DNA of 64,000 bases from an uncultured Gemmatimonadaceae bacterium (GCA_963761305.1 CAVXGK010000001.1:448001-512000); one strand, 5' to 3'; counted from the stretch's first letter, positions 9,432-20,017 are shown. Numbers and translations are program-made. Notes: generated by a model not told the origin, from the letters alone.

Positions 9432-9732
9432 GTTGACTCGCAGGGAGATAGTCCGAGTACCAGAGACACGCTAGTCGGCCAGTTCGTTCGCCCCCCCGCC
9501 GATCACGCGTCCGAAATCGCCAGCAAGAGTCCGGCGATTTGGGCGGCGCCGGAGATCAACTCGATCAACGTAATTCTCTCGTTCGACGTCGTGAACGGGA
9601 AGACCAGCGGGTCTACGGAGACTGCGCGGGATCGCCGTACGGAACTGCGGCCAAACGGCTAGTCGTGGTCGCGACGAAAGCGGTTTGACGCGGCGGCGTT
9701 GACTCGGACGGGCGCAGGTTCGAAGTTGGCGC

Positions 9733-10167
9733 GTGCCCGCCGAGCTTACGTTTCGCTTCCTGATCGACGGCCCGCCCGCGTCGCATGACTTCGTCGACGC
9801 AACGGTGGGTGTGTCGTGCCGAGGATTTGCCGGCGCGTCGCGGTTCACGATCGCCCGCCGCGACCTCGCCGCGTTTTCACGCGACGTGACCGCGCTAGCG
9901 CAGGGCGACGCCGACATCGCGCAGCTCCTCGGCGGCTGGGACGCGGCCGCCGAGCGCTTGCGGTTGCGCGTGATGCGTGCGGGGACGACGGGATCGTTCG
10001 CGGTGAGCATCCGCATCGCGAACACCGGACCGCGCGGCGATCAGTGGGATCGCGTCGAGACGCAGTTCATCTGCGCGGGCGACGCGCTGGCGTCGTTCGC
10101 CGACACTCTCGCGTCCGGCGAACACACCTCCGTCCAGCTACTCGGTGACGCTGAATCGGCGGCGTGA
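9733..10167 (+). CDS. Hypothetical protein (possibly WapI/immunity-protein-like)
   Basis: 144-aa ORF with normal composition; GFAGASRFTI...DLAAF pattern weakly recalls WapI-like proteins. Confidence 0.5.
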   Translation: MPAELTFRFLIDGPPASHDFVDATVGVSCRGFAGASRFTIARRDLAAFSRDVTALAQGDADIAQLLGGWDAAAERLRLRVMRAGTTGSFAVSIRIANTGPRGDQWDRVETQFICAGDALASFADTLASGEHTSVQLLGDAESAA

Positions 10168-10196
10168 CGCCGAGTCGCTCCGCGTTCACGACACGT

Positions 10197-10940
10197 TCAC
10201 GACACGAGCGTTTTCTCGAACAGATTCAACAGCGTGCGCCAGTGCCGCTCGGTCTGCGCTTGGTCGTGCACGGGCGTGTCGGCCGGCACCCAGCCGTGTC
10301 GCGCCGGATACGTCTCGACGACATGATCGACGCCCGCGTCGGTGAGCGCTTGGCCCAGGCGTTCCTTCTGCGCGTCGTCGAACCCCGTGTCCTCGATCGC
10401 GCCGGCAACGTACACCCGCGCCTTCATGTCCGGAGCCAGAAGGTGCGGGCTGTTCGGATCGTCGTTGGCAAGACCGCTGGCGTGATACGACGCCGCCGCG
10501 GCGATCGAACCGGGGAACGTCCCGGCCGCGGCGAGTGACAGACGGCCGCCCATGCAGTATCCCGTGGTCCCGATCTTCGCGTCGCGCACTTTGGGATGGC
10601 TCGACAGATGCGCAAGGAACGCCTTCGTATCGCGCATGATGTTCGGAATGCTGGCCGCCGGCAGGACGCGAGTCATCAAGTCCTTTCGCATGTCGGGATC
10701 CGAAAAGAGCAGCCTCGGATCGACCGGCGTGAAGTCCACGCGATAGAACAGGTTCGGCAGCAGCACGACATATCCCGCGTCGGCGAGTGTCTGCGCCATG
10801 TCGAACATCGCCGGCCGATACCCGATGCCGTCCATGTACATCAACACGCCCGGCCACGGCCCCGCGCCCGCCGACGGCTCGAACACGCTCGCCGGACAAC
10901 TCCCGTCTTCGGTCTCGATCTGAACTTCACGCCTGTTCAT
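10197..10940 (-). CDS. Dienelactone hydrolase family protein
   Basis: GYCMGG nucleophile motif, GYVVLLPNLFYR, C-terminal YPARHGW. Confidence 0.92.
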   Translation of the reverse strand: MNRREVQIETEDGSCPASVFEPSAGAGPWPGVLMYMDGIGYRPAMFDMAQTLADAGYVVLLPNLFYRVDFTPVDPRLLFSDPDMRKDLMTRVLPAASIPNIMRDTKAFLAHLSSHPKVRDAKIGTTGYCMGGRLSLAAAGTFPGSIAAAASYHASGLANDDPNSPHLLAPDMKARVYVAGAIEDTGFDDAQKERLGQALTDAGVDHVVETYPARHGWVPADTPVHDQAQTERHWRTLLNLFEKTLVS

Positions 10941-10984
10941 CTAGGATTCCTCGTCGTTGTCGTTCCGGTCCACTGGGCCACTCG

Positions 10985-12595
10985 TCATTCCACCATCACT
11001 TCCACCTCACCCGCTGGCGTCCCGCGTCGCAACAGAATTACGAGCGGCAATCCCATCACGAACAGCGCGGTGACCAGCAGGAACACATGGTTGTACGCGA
11101 GCACCGCCGCCTGACGACCGATCAAACCGTCCATGAGATGTATCGCTTGCTGCGTCGCCGTGTAGTGGTCGGCCCCTTTGCTCTGCATCGCGCTCGTGAG
11201 ACCGTGCATCCACGCAGCCCCCATCTTCGACGCGCCGGCGTCCTCGGAGAGCATCGCGTGATAGCGCACCGTGCTCGTGTTGAGCGTCGTCGCCGCGATG
11301 GCGATGCCGACGCTTCCCATCACCTGACGCACGACGTTGTATAGTCCCGCCGCCGCGGTCATTCGCGCGTTCGGGATCGTCGACAGCGCCGCGGTGCTCA
11401 GCGCGACGAAGACGAGACTGAATCCGACCCCCTGCCACACTTGCGGCCAGAAAAGATCCCAATAGCCGACCTGCGTCGTGAGCTTCGCCATGCCGTGAAA
11501 TCCGAAAGCCGCCACGACCAGTCCACTCCCGACGAGTATGCGAGGTCCGAGACGATTGTAGAATCGACCGCCGATCGGCATCAACACGGCCATCGCCAGA
11601 CTGCGCGGCATCAGGGTGAATCCCGATTGCATCGCGTTGTATCCCAGGAGCCGCTGTAGAAACACCGGCAGCAGAAACAAGCTCCCGTTGAGCGCCAGAC
11701 CGAGCACTCCGCCGATGGCCGTGGCCGAGCTGAACGAGAGGTTGGCGAGGATGCGGAGGTTGACCGCCGGTTTTTCCACCGTGAGTTCGCGCCAGAGAAA
11801 CAGAATCATCCCGAACGTGGCGATCAGCGCCAGCCGAATGACGTAACCGGATTGAAACCAGTCGTGTCGTTCTCCTTCCTCGAGCAGCAGTTGCAGCGAG
11901 CCGAGCCCGACGACGAGCAGCCCGAGCCCCGGCCAATCGATGTACCCCTTTTCCCGCACGAGGTACGGCGGGTCCTCGATGTATCGCGACAGCAGAATCA
12001 ACGTGACGACGCCGACCGGCACGTTGATGTAGAAGATCCATGGCCACGAATATTGGTCCGTAATCCAACCGCCGAGCGTCGGGCCGAACGCGGGCGCGAG
12101 CACGGCGCCGAGTCCGTAGAGGCCCATCGCCATGCCCTGCTCTTCCGCCGGAAAGCTCTCGCGAAGAATCGCCTGTGAGACGGTCAGTAGCACGCCACCG
12201 CCGAATCCCTGCACGATGCGAAAGACGATCATCGTCGGCAGCGTCCGCGCGAGACCGCAGGCCATGGAGGCGAGCGTGAAAATGACGACGCTCGCCATGT
12301 AGAAGTTCTTGCGGCCAAAGCGCGACGAGAGCAATCCGGTGATCGGCATGACGATCACCTGCGCGAGGATGTACGCGGTGACGACCCACGTGATCTCCTC
12401 GATCGTCGCGCCGAGGTTGCCGGACATGTCCGGCAGCGCGACGTTGACGATGCTCGAATCGAGAACCGCCATGATCGTGGCGGTGAGGACGGCGCCCGCG
12501 ATGACCCATTTGTGCGGTGGAACGCGTGCCCCTTCGTCGCGCACGGCGCGCGGGCGCGTGTAGGCGCCGACGACGGGCCGAGATGCGGTGGTCAT
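10985..12595 (-). CDS. DHA2 (EmrB/QacA) MFS efflux permease
   Basis: MAVLDSSIVNVALP, RIVQGFGGG, GPTLGGWITD..SWPWIFYINVPVG motifs; many TM segments. Confidence 0.93.
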   Translation of the reverse strand: MTTASRPVVGAYTRPRAVRDEGARVPPHKWVIAGAVLTATIMAVLDSSIVNVALPDMSGNLGATIEEITWVVTAYILAQVIVMPITGLLSSRFGRKNFYMASVVIFTLASMACGLARTLPTMIVFRIVQGFGGGVLLTVSQAILRESFPAEEQGMAMGLYGLGAVLAPAFGPTLGGWITDQYSWPWIFYINVPVGVVTLILLSRYIEDPPYLVREKGYIDWPGLGLLVVGLGSLQLLLEEGERHDWFQSGYVIRLALIATFGMILFLWRELTVEKPAVNLRILANLSFSSATAIGGVLGLALNGSLFLLPVFLQRLLGYNAMQSGFTLMPRSLAMAVLMPIGGRFYNRLGPRILVGSGLVVAAFGFHGMAKLTTQVGYWDLFWPQVWQGVGFSLVFVALSTAALSTIPNARMTAAAGLYNVVRQVMGSVGIAIAATTLNTSTVRYHAMLSEDAGASKMGAAWMHGLTSAMQSKGADHYTATQQAIHLMDGLIGRQAAVLAYNHVFLLVTALFVMGLPLVILLRRGTPAGEVEVMVE

Positions 12596-13257
12596 CGGCG
12601 CTCCGTGGGGCCGCGTGCCGGTTTGGCGGGTCGGAGGCTGGCGATCAGCATGTCCACGGCCGCGTCGATCAGTCGCTCACGGTCGATCGCCACACCGGGC
12701 ACCGATTCGGCGTAACGCTGCCACGCGAACTGCGCGAGCACCCCAACCAGCGCCACGCGCGCTGTGACTTCGGCGTCCGCATCTCGGCGAAACTCACCGC
12801 TCTCCTGCCCTTCGACGATGAGCGACTCGACGACATTCCACCACCGCATTGGACCGGTGGCGACCCAGCGGCGATAGACCTCGGGCGCTTCGTGCGCGAT
12901 CGAGTGCAGGAGCAGGAGCACGTCGCGCCGCACGGAATCGTCGCCGCCGAACGCGCTGTGAAAGAGCACGCGCAGCCGCGCCGACGACGACCCGTGCTCG
13001 TTCTCGAGCGCCGCCTCGAGCCGTCCGAACGCGCGGAGCTGGTGATGCTCGAGCGCGCTCGACAAAAGATCTTCCTTGTTCGTGAAGTAGTGATAGACCG
13101 CGCCCTTGGTCACCCCGGCCGCCGCCGCGACTTCTTCGATGCTGGCGTTGCGGTACCCGCGCGCCGCGAAGACGCGGAGTGCGGCATCGAGCAGCTCGCC
13201 GGGTCGTTCAGCGGGGCGGCGTTCCCAACGGATGTGCTTGGTCTTGGTACCGGGCAT
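12592..13257 (-). CDS. TetR/AcrR family transcriptional regulator
   Basis: LLDAALRVFAARGYRNASIEEVAAAAGVTKGAVYHYFTNKEDL HTH; ATGA-coupled to the MFS gene. Confidence 0.93.
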   Translation of the reverse strand: MPGTKTKHIRWERRPAERPGELLDAALRVFAARGYRNASIEEVAAAAGVTKGAVYHYFTNKEDLLSSALEHHQLRAFGRLEAALENEHGSSSARLRVLFHSAFGGDDSVRRDVLLLLHSIAHEAPEVYRRWVATGPMRWWNVVESLIVEGQESGEFRRDADAEVTARVALVGVLAQFAWQRYAESVPGVAIDRERLIDAAVDMLIASLRPAKPARGPTERR

Positions 13258-13285
13258 CAAACGGTGACTTTAAGGGCTCGCCAAG

Positions 13286-13307
13286 TAATATACTCGCCAG
13301 TATGTAA
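13286..13307. promoter_or_regulatory. Putative TetR operator
   Basis: AT-rich dyad ATACT-CGCC-AGTAT (13290-13303) about 30 bp upstream of the TetR gene. Confidence 0.55.
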
Positions 13308-13504
13308 TTCCGCGACGAGCGAACCTGGCTCCCTTTTCGAGTCCGACTTCTACCTCTCAGCCCTCGAAGTCGGTGGCGCGTATCCAATCGGGTCGCGAAA
13401 CGCAACCCCTTCTCACCACGACAAATCCAGCGTCGGCGCTAGGCTAATCGCGGCCCACGTGATAAGCTTGGCGCCACCCACTCATATGAAGAGGGTTCGC
13501 CCAG

Positions 13505-14809
13505 GTGACTGAGGCAGCACGGGTCGTCCAACGCGAAGTCCGCTATGCCCCGCCGGAGAAACAACCCTCCGTCAAATCGGGTCGCTGGTGGCAGTTGACG
13601 CTTGGAATCATTTGCATGTCAATGATCGCCAACCTGCAGTACGGTTGGACGCTCTTCGTCAATCCGATCCACGACAAACACGGGTGGAGCATTTCCGAGA
13701 TCCAATTCGCGTTCTCGGTATTCGTCGTCGTTGAGACCTGGCTCGTGCCCTTCGAGGGTTACCTCGTCGACAAGATCGGCCCCAAGATGGTGGGTGTTGT
13801 CGCCGGGGTGATGGTCGCGCTGGCGTGGGTGATCAACGCCTACGCCACTTCTCTCGGGATGCTGTATCTCGGTGCGGCCGTCGGCGGCGTCGGCGCAGGC
13901 GCGGTCTACGGCGCGTGCGTCGGCAACGCGCTCAAGTGGTTCCCGGACCGGCGCGGGTTGGCGTCCGGTCTCACCGCGATGGGCTTCGGTGCCGGCTCGG
14001 CGCTGACGGTCTTTCCGATCGCCAACATGATCAAGTCGGAAGGCTACGAGGCGACCTTCTTCAAGTTCGGCATCGCGCAGGGCGTTGTCGTGTTCTTGGT
14101 GAGCTGGTTCCTCAAGTCGCCCGACGCGGCGACCCAGGCGTCGCTCCCGGCGGCGCCGAGTACCGGAAAGTTCAAGGCGGCCGCGCGCGAATTCACGCCG
14201 ATGGAAACGCTTCGCACCCCGGTGTTCTGGGTGCTGTACCTGATGTTCATGCTCACGGCGACGGGCGGATTGATCTGGACTGCGCAACTCGCGCCGATCG
14301 CCAGAGACATGGGCGTCGACAAAGCGCCGGTCGCGCTCATGGGTATCACGCTCGCCGCGCTGCCGTTCGCGCTGGCGATGAACCGCGTGCTCAACGGCGT
14401 GAGCCGACCGTTCTTCGGCTGGATGTCCGATCACCTCGGCCGCGAACGCACGATGTTCATGGCGTTCGCGCTCGAGGCCGTGTTCATCGTGCTTCTCAGC
14501 CCGTTCGGTTCGAACCCCGTGCTGTTCGTGATTCTGAGCGGGCTCGTCTTCTTCGCGTACGGCGAGATCTACAGTCTCTTTCCGGCGATCTGCGGCGACA
14601 TCTACGGCCGCACGTTCGCGTCGGCGAACGCGGGTCTCCTCTACACGGCCAAGGGTGCGGCGTCGCTGCTCGTGTTCGTGGCGAGCATCGTCGCCGCGCG
14701 CATGGGCGACTGGCACATCGTGTTCATCGCGTGCGGCGTCATGAACCTCGTCGCGGCGATCCTCGCGGGTGGCGTTCTCAAACGCCTCCGCGAACGCACC
14801 ATCAAGTGA
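13505..14809 (+). CDS. oxlT: Oxalate/formate antiporter (OFA family MFS)
   Basis: RWWQL.LGIICM.MIANLQYGWTLFVNPI, GNALKWFPDRRGLA, GEIYSLFPA and NAGLLYTAKG are characteristic OxlT-family motifs. Confidence 0.88.
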   Translation: MTEAARVVQREVRYAPPEKQPSVKSGRWWQLTLGIICMSMIANLQYGWTLFVNPIHDKHGWSISEIQFAFSVFVVVETWLVPFEGYLVDKIGPKMVGVVAGVMVALAWVINAYATSLGMLYLGAAVGGVGAGAVYGACVGNALKWFPDRRGLASGLTAMGFGAGSALTVFPIANMIKSEGYEATFFKFGIAQGVVVFLVSWFLKSPDAATQASLPAAPSTGKFKAAAREFTPMETLRTPVFWVLYLMFMLTATGGLIWTAQLAPIARDMGVDKAPVALMGITLAALPFALAMNRVLNGVSRPFFGWMSDHLGRERTMFMAFALEAVFIVLLSPFGSNPVLFVILSGLVFFAYGEIYSLFPAICGDIYGRTFASANAGLLYTAKGAASLLVFVASIVAARMGDWHIVFIACGVMNLVAAILAGGVLKRLRERTIK

Positions 14810-14828
14810 GCTCGCGAGGCACGCGCAC

Positions 14829-15836
14829 GTGAAGATCGCGGTCGTCGGCGCCGGAGCAATCGGCGGATACGTGGGCGGATGGCTCGCCGCGGCCGGCGAG
14901 GACGTGACCTTCATCGCGCGCGGCGCCAATCTCGACGCGATTCGCAAGTGCGGCATGCGCGTCATCGGCGAAGACGGACTCGAAATCGTCGCCAGCACGG
15001 TCGCCGCGCATCAAAGAACAGCCGACGCCGGTGTGCAGGATCTCGTCATCCTCGCCGTGAAGGCGCATCAAGTCGCGGCCATCGCCGGCGATCTCTACGC
15101 GCTCTGCGGTGACGACACGACGATCCTCACGATGCAGAATGGGATTCCGTGGTGGTACTTCCACAAACAGGGCGGACCGTTCGAGGGCCGTCCCGTGAAC
15201 TCCGCCGATCCCGACGGCTCGATCGGCCAGACGATCAACCCCGGTCGCGTCGTCGGCTCGATCGTCTACCCAGCCGCGGTGCTCCAGTCGCCCGGCGTTG
15301 TGCGCGTCGTCGAAGGCAAGCGCTTCACACTCGGCGAGCCCGACGGATCGACGTCCGACCGCGCGCTCGCGATCTCCGCCGCGTTCACGCGCGCCGGCTT
15401 CAAGGCGCCGATCACGAGCGACATCCGCGGCGAGATCTGGCTCAAGGTGTGGGGCAACCTGAGCTTCAATCCGATCAGCGCGCTGTCGCACGCGACGCTC
15501 ATCGATCTGCTCCAGTTTCCGCTCACGCGCCAACTGAGCATCGACATGATGCGCGAGGCGGAGACGATCGCCAACAAACTCGGCGTCACGCTGCGCGTGA
15601 GCATCGACAAGCGGATCGCCGGCGCCGAAAAAGTCGGCGCGCACAAGACGTCGATGTTGCAGGACGTGGAGGCCGGCCGCGCGCTCGAGCTCGAGGCGCT
15701 GGTCGGTGCGATCGTCGAGCTCGGCCGTCTCACCGACACGCCGACGCCGCACATCGACGCCGTATACGCGTGCGCGAGCCTGCTCGGCAAGACATTGTCG
15801 GACCAGCGCGGACGTCTTGCCGTCGCTAGGATGTGA
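14829..15836 (+). CDS. Ketopantoate-reductase-family protein (candidate oxalyl-CoA reductase, PanE2-like)
   Basis: KIAVVGAGAIGG, MQNGIPWWYF, IWLKVWGNLSFNPISAL, HKTSMLQDVEAGR; lies between oxlT and an acyl-CoA ligase. Confidence 0.85.
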   Translation: MKIAVVGAGAIGGYVGGWLAAAGEDVTFIARGANLDAIRKCGMRVIGEDGLEIVASTVAAHQRTADAGVQDLVILAVKAHQVAAIAGDLYALCGDDTTILTMQNGIPWWYFHKQGGPFEGRPVNSADPDGSIGQTINPGRVVGSIVYPAAVLQSPGVVRVVEGKRFTLGEPDGSTSDRALAISAAFTRAGFKAPITSDIRGEIWLKVWGNLSFNPISALSHATLIDLLQFPLTRQLSIDMMREAETIANKLGVTLRVSIDKRIAGAEKVGAHKTSMLQDVEAGRALELEALVGAIVELGRLTDTPTPHIDAVYACASLLGKTLSDQRGRLAVARM

Positions 15837-15870
15837 AAGAGTCGAGTCACAACGAGGGAGTGAAAGAGGA

Positions 15871-17416
15871 ATGAGTTCGACGATTCAGGATCTATTGAAG
15901 GCTGGCCGTGACGACGCGACGGCGCTGAGCTCGCCGGGTGGAGTGCCGCTGACGTATCGCGCGCTGCGCGCGCACGTCGCCGAGATCGGCCGAGCGCTGA
16001 ATGCGCACGGCATCGGCGCCGGCGATCGCGTCGCCATCGTGCTCGACAACGGGCCGGAGATGGCCGCCGCGTTTCTGAGCATCGGCTCGGCCGCGACCGC
16101 GGCGCCGCTCAACCCGACCTACCGCGCGGAGGAATTCGAGTTCTACCTCACGGATCTCAACGCCAAGCTGTTGATCGTGGCCGAGGGCAAGGACTCGCCG
16201 GCGGTTGGCGTGGCGGAGAAGCTGGGCGTTCCGATCGCGCGACTCGTGCCCCAGCCGGAGAAAGGCGCCGGCACATTTTCGCTTGAATTTGAGGACGCCG
16301 CGCCCCGCAGACCGCACTCGTCCCAGGTCTCCGCACCCCGCACCCCGCGCTCCGCCACTCCGGACGACATCGCGTTGGTTCTGCATACGTCGGGCACGAC
16401 CTCTCGTCCGAAAATCGTACCGCTCGCGCACAAGAACATCGCGGCCTCGGCGTCGAACATTCGGAATACGCTCGCGCTGACGTCCGAAGATCGCGGCCTC
16501 GTCATCATGCCGCTCTTCCACATCCACGGCCTGATCGCCGCGCTTTCGGCGCCGCTCTCCGCCGGCGGCGAAGTCTGTTGCTCGCCCGGATTCAACGCGC
16601 TCAAATTTTTCTCGTGGTTCAGCGAGGTGCGGCCGACGTGGTACACCGGCGTGCCGACGATGCACCAGGCGATTCTCCTCCGCGCCGCGAACAATCCCGA
16701 TTCGCTGCGCGCGCCATCGCCTGCGTCTCATCCGTTCGTCGTCGTCCGCGCTACCACTGACCGTAATCGCCGAGTTGGAGCGGGTGTTCGCGGTGCCGGT
16801 GATCGAGGCGTATGGGATGACTGAAGCGACGCATCAGATGGCGAGCAATCCGCTGCCGCCGAACACGCGCAAGCCCGGCACGGTGGGTCCGTCGGGCGGC
16901 CCCGAGATTCGCGTCGTCGACACGACCGGCACGTCGGTGCCGCCCGGCACGCCGGGCGAGATCGTGATTCGCGGACCGAACGTCATGCGCGAGTACGAGA
17001 ACAATCCCAGGGCGAACGCCGACGCGTTTTATGACGGCTGGTTTCGCACCGGCGATCAGGGCGTGATGGACGAGGATGGGTACGTCGCCATCACCGGGCG
17101 CTTGAAGGAGATCATCAACCGCGGCGGTGAGAAGATTTCGCCGCGCGAGGTGGACGAGATCATCATGGAGCATCCCGCCGTGCACCAGTGCGTGACGTTC
17201 GCGATGCCGCACGAGATGCTCGGCGAAGAGGTGGCGGCGGCGATCGTGCTGAAGCAGGGGAAGGAAGCGACCGACCGCGAGCTGCGCGATTTCGCGTCGT
17301 CGCGGTTGGCGCCGTTCAAGGTGCCGAAGAAGATTCTCATTCTCACGGAGATTCCGGTGGGCGCAACGGGCAAGTTGCAGCGCATCGGTCTCGCACAGAA
17401 ACTGGGGTTGTCGTGA
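15871..17416 (+). pseudogene. Acyl-CoA synthetase (oxalate-CoA ligase-like), split by a frameshift near 16714
   Basis: HTSGTTSRPK and MPLFHIHGL in one frame; [43 protein letters not shown] and GKLQR in the next frame. May be a sequencing error in an intact gene. Confidence 0.85.
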
Positions 17417-18600
17417 TGGCGACTGCACAGAAGACACAGGCGGCCGGCGCGGCCGGCGCGGCCAGCGCGCCGGCTCCTATAGATCCGCCTGAGCGCCTGC
17501 TCATGGGTCCGGGTCCGAGCAATCCGGATCCGCGCGTGCTCGAGGCGATGACCGCGAATCCCGTCGGCCATCTCGATCCATATTTCGTCAAGGTGATGGA
17601 CGAGACGATGGACGCGTTGCGCAAGGTCTATCGCACGACCAACCATCACACGATTCCGATTTCCGCCACCGGCTCGGCGGGCTTGGAGTCGATCACGCTC
17701 AACTTGCTCGAGCCGGGCGACGAGGCGATCGTCGTCGTCAACGGCTATTTCGGCGCGCGACTGGCCGAGATGGCGCGGCGCGCCGGAGCGAACGTGCGAG
17801 TGCTCGAGTCGCCGCCGGGCGAGGTCGCCGATCCCGCGGCGGTGGACAAGCTCCTGCGCGAGAAAGCGGCCAATCTCGTCGCCTTCGTTCACGTCGAGAC
17901 GACCACGGGCGCGCGCCAGCCGATCGAGCCGATGGTCGAAGTCGCGCGCAAGCACGGCGCACTCGTCGCCATGGATTGCGTGACGTCGCTCGGTGGTCTC
18001 CCGCTCGACATCGACACGCTCGGTGTGGATGCGGCAGGCAGCTGCAGCCAGAAATGCATCGGCGCACCGCCGGGACTCGCGCCGATCACCGTCGGCCCGC
18101 GCGCCATGGCCAAGGTCCGCGCGCGAAAGGCCAAGCCGCAGACCTGGTACTTCGACTACGCGTTGCTCTTTCAGTACTGGGGCGAGGAAAGCGCGTCGCG
18201 CACGCGCGCATTCCACCACACCGCGCCCATCGCGAGTATCTACGGCTTTCACGAAGCGCTGCGGATCGTTCTCGAGGAAGGACTCGACGCGCGCCACGCG
18301 CGGCACGAGTCGGCGCACGATGTGTTGGTGCGCGGCCTCGAGCGCCTCGGCCTGTCGCTCTTCACACCGGCCGCGAATCGCTGCGCGACGATCAACCTGG
18401 TTTCGGCCCCGGCTGGAATCGACGAAGCCAAGCTCCGTCGCCGGCTGCTCGACATGGGCGTCGAGATGGGCGGCGGCCTCGGCACACTGGCCGGCAAAGT
18501 GTGGCGTATCGGCGTGATGGGCTACAACGCGGTGCCGGCGCGCGTCGAGAAATTCCTGGGCGCGTTGGAAGAGGCGTTGCGCACGGAGGGTTGGAAATAG
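17416..18600 (+). CDS. Alanine/serine-glyoxylate aminotransferase (class V PLP enzyme)
   Basis: RLLMGPGPSN, VHVETTTG, DCVTSLGG, SCSQKCIGAPPGL (PLP lysine), WRIGVMG; TGATG coupling to the ligase. Confidence 0.92.
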   Translation: MATAQKTQAAGAAGAASAPAPIDPPERLLMGPGPSNPDPRVLEAMTANPVGHLDPYFVKVMDETMDALRKVYRTTNHHTIPISATGSAGLESITLNLLEPGDEAIVVVNGYFGARLAEMARRAGANVRVLESPPGEVADPAAVDKLLREKAANLVAFVHVETTTGARQPIEPMVEVARKHGALVAMDCVTSLGGLPLDIDTLGVDAAGSCSQKCIGAPPGLAPITVGPRAMAKVRARKAKPQTWYFDYALLFQYWGEESASRTRAFHHTAPIASIYGFHEALRIVLEEGLDARHARHESAHDVLVRGLERLGLSLFTPAANRCATINLVSAPAGIDEAKLRRRLLDMGVEMGGGLGTLAGKVWRIGVMGYNAVPARVEKFLGALEEALRTEGWK

Positions 18601-18660
18601 TCTGTACCGGGCGCGTGAAAACGGCGATGGAGATGTAGCGACGCGGGATGAGATTGGAGC

Positions 18661-18760
18661 ATGCTCCCTCTCGTCCCGCAGTCGCATCTGGACGCCTCGC
18701 CCGATCCGGCGAAATCGCTCCGACTGATGGAGATCGTGCGGCGCGCGATGCGAGAACGCG
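18661..18760 (+). pseudogene. Probable N-terminal stub of an integron integrase
   Basis: GGAG-ATG then MLPLVPQSHLDASPDPAKSLRLMEIVRRAMRER, resembling the IntI N-terminus (RLLDQVR...R.RHYS..TE.AY); similarity stops where the YS motif should begin; attC-like remnants lie downstream. Confidence 0.6.
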
Positions 18761-18769
18761 CAACGACCT

Positions 18770-18985
18770 CTAGCCGGAAGCCAGCTGCGGCGCGGCAGCG
18801 CCGATCATGCGCGCCAACCCCTTCTCCGCAATCTTCGCCCATTGCCAGCTGACCGTCAGCCGCAGCGGGGCGCGCAAGCCAGCCGTCGTACATACGAGGC
18901 TCACGTCGCATCCCGGCGCTTCCTCAGTCTCCGCCCTACACTCCCAAACTCGACCTTCTTCGTCAGTCACTCGGCGCGATGACAT
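18770..18985 (-). CDS. Small hypothetical protein (71 aa)
   Basis: MSSRRVTDEEGRVWEC...LVC...LRLTVSWQW; GGAG upstream of the ATG at 18985. Confidence 0.6.
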   Translation of the reverse strand: MSSRRVTDEEGRVWECRAETEEAPGCDVSLVCTTAGLRAPLRLTVSWQWAKIAEKGLARMIGAAAPQLASG

Positions 18986-19309
18986 CGTCGGCGTCTCCAT
19001 AGGTTGGGCCGCGAACCGCGGCACAGTAGATGGATGGCGCGAACCGTATGGACGTAACCGATCATCGACATCATGTGAGAGGCGTTGCTGGTCCCAGGTG
19101 AGCTTCGTCACGCCCCGGCTGCGCGCCATCACGGCGGTCGTTGCCAAACCCGCCGAAGGTGCCATCTGGTTCTCTGCCGTTGGGCGATTGGGCGGTCGGC
19201 CGGCCGTACAAAGACTGAATCATTCGCCGGCTCCAAGCGTCGAGTGGCGCTTGCCCGACCATCGGCTATCATCCAACCTTCGGCTCCAGACTCTTTCTGA
19301 TTCTCGCAC

Positions 19310-19340
19310 CACAACGTCGCTGTAGAACGTGGCGTTAGGT
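19310..19340 (+). mobile_element. Candidate attI or first integron crossover core
   Basis: GTTAGGT (19334-19340) matches GTTRRRY; it lies between the integrase stub and the first cassette-like ORF, and no matching inverse core was seen. Confidence 0.4.
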
Positions 19341-19429
19341 CGCACTCTGACGGGAGCGGTCGTGAAGGTCACTGTGGCTTGCATTCTCGCCGGTACAAAG
19401 TCGTGGCGTTCGTTCTTGGTCGCACCGTG

Positions 19430-19978
19430 ATGGCAAGCCTCACCGCCGCATCCCGCGTCATCGTCTGCGGCGGCCTACTCGCGTGCGCGTCGTCAGACCT
19501 TCCGACCGGTCTCGGGCCGGTGCCCGACGGTTCGCTCGTGACCGATGCCACAGCGTATGTGGCCGAACCGATCGCCGGGGCTGGCCAACCCGTTCAATAT
19601 CAGTTCGCGGTGATCGCGCGGTTCGAGAATCGCAGTGCGTCCCCCGTGTACCTCGGCCGCTGCTTCCCGAATTCTCCTCAACCGATGTATTCGATCATTG
19701 CGGCCGACAGCTCGGCGATCGTGTCCGCATACGAGCCGTACTGGGGATGCGTGGCTCACAACAACCAGTTCGAGATCCTACCGGGCGCTGTCCGCGTCGA
19801 CACCTTTCTGGTTCACGGGCCGAATGCGTTCGACGAAGTCAAACAGCAAGGGATCGGCGTGACGAATGGAGTGTTCCGGCTGTTCCTCTTTGTCGGCGCT
19901 GCTCCAGGAGACGTGCCTCCGCCTGCTCCCGGCTCATTGGGAATCTCGAACGCGTTCATCGTCCGTACGGCGAACTAG
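19430..19978 (+). CDS. Hypothetical lipoprotein
   Basis: Lipobox-like GLLAC; globular composition. Confidence 0.65.
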   Translation: MASLTAASRVIVCGGLLACASSDLPTGLGPVPDGSLVTDATAYVAEPIAGAGQPVQYQFAVIARFENRSASPVYLGRCFPNSPQPMYSIIAADSSAIVSAYEPYWGCVAHNNQFEILPGAVRVDTFLVHGPNAFDEVKQQGIGVTNGVFRLFLFVGAAPGDVPPPAPGSLGISNAFIVRTAN

Positions 19979-20017
19979 CTCGCGCGACGATGCCGACAGG
20001 GTCCGCAACCTGACAAG

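Noticed and set aside
9440..9730. Possible gene remnant in the divergent intergenic gap
   Set aside because: Open stretches exist but have no start signal or recognisable similarity.
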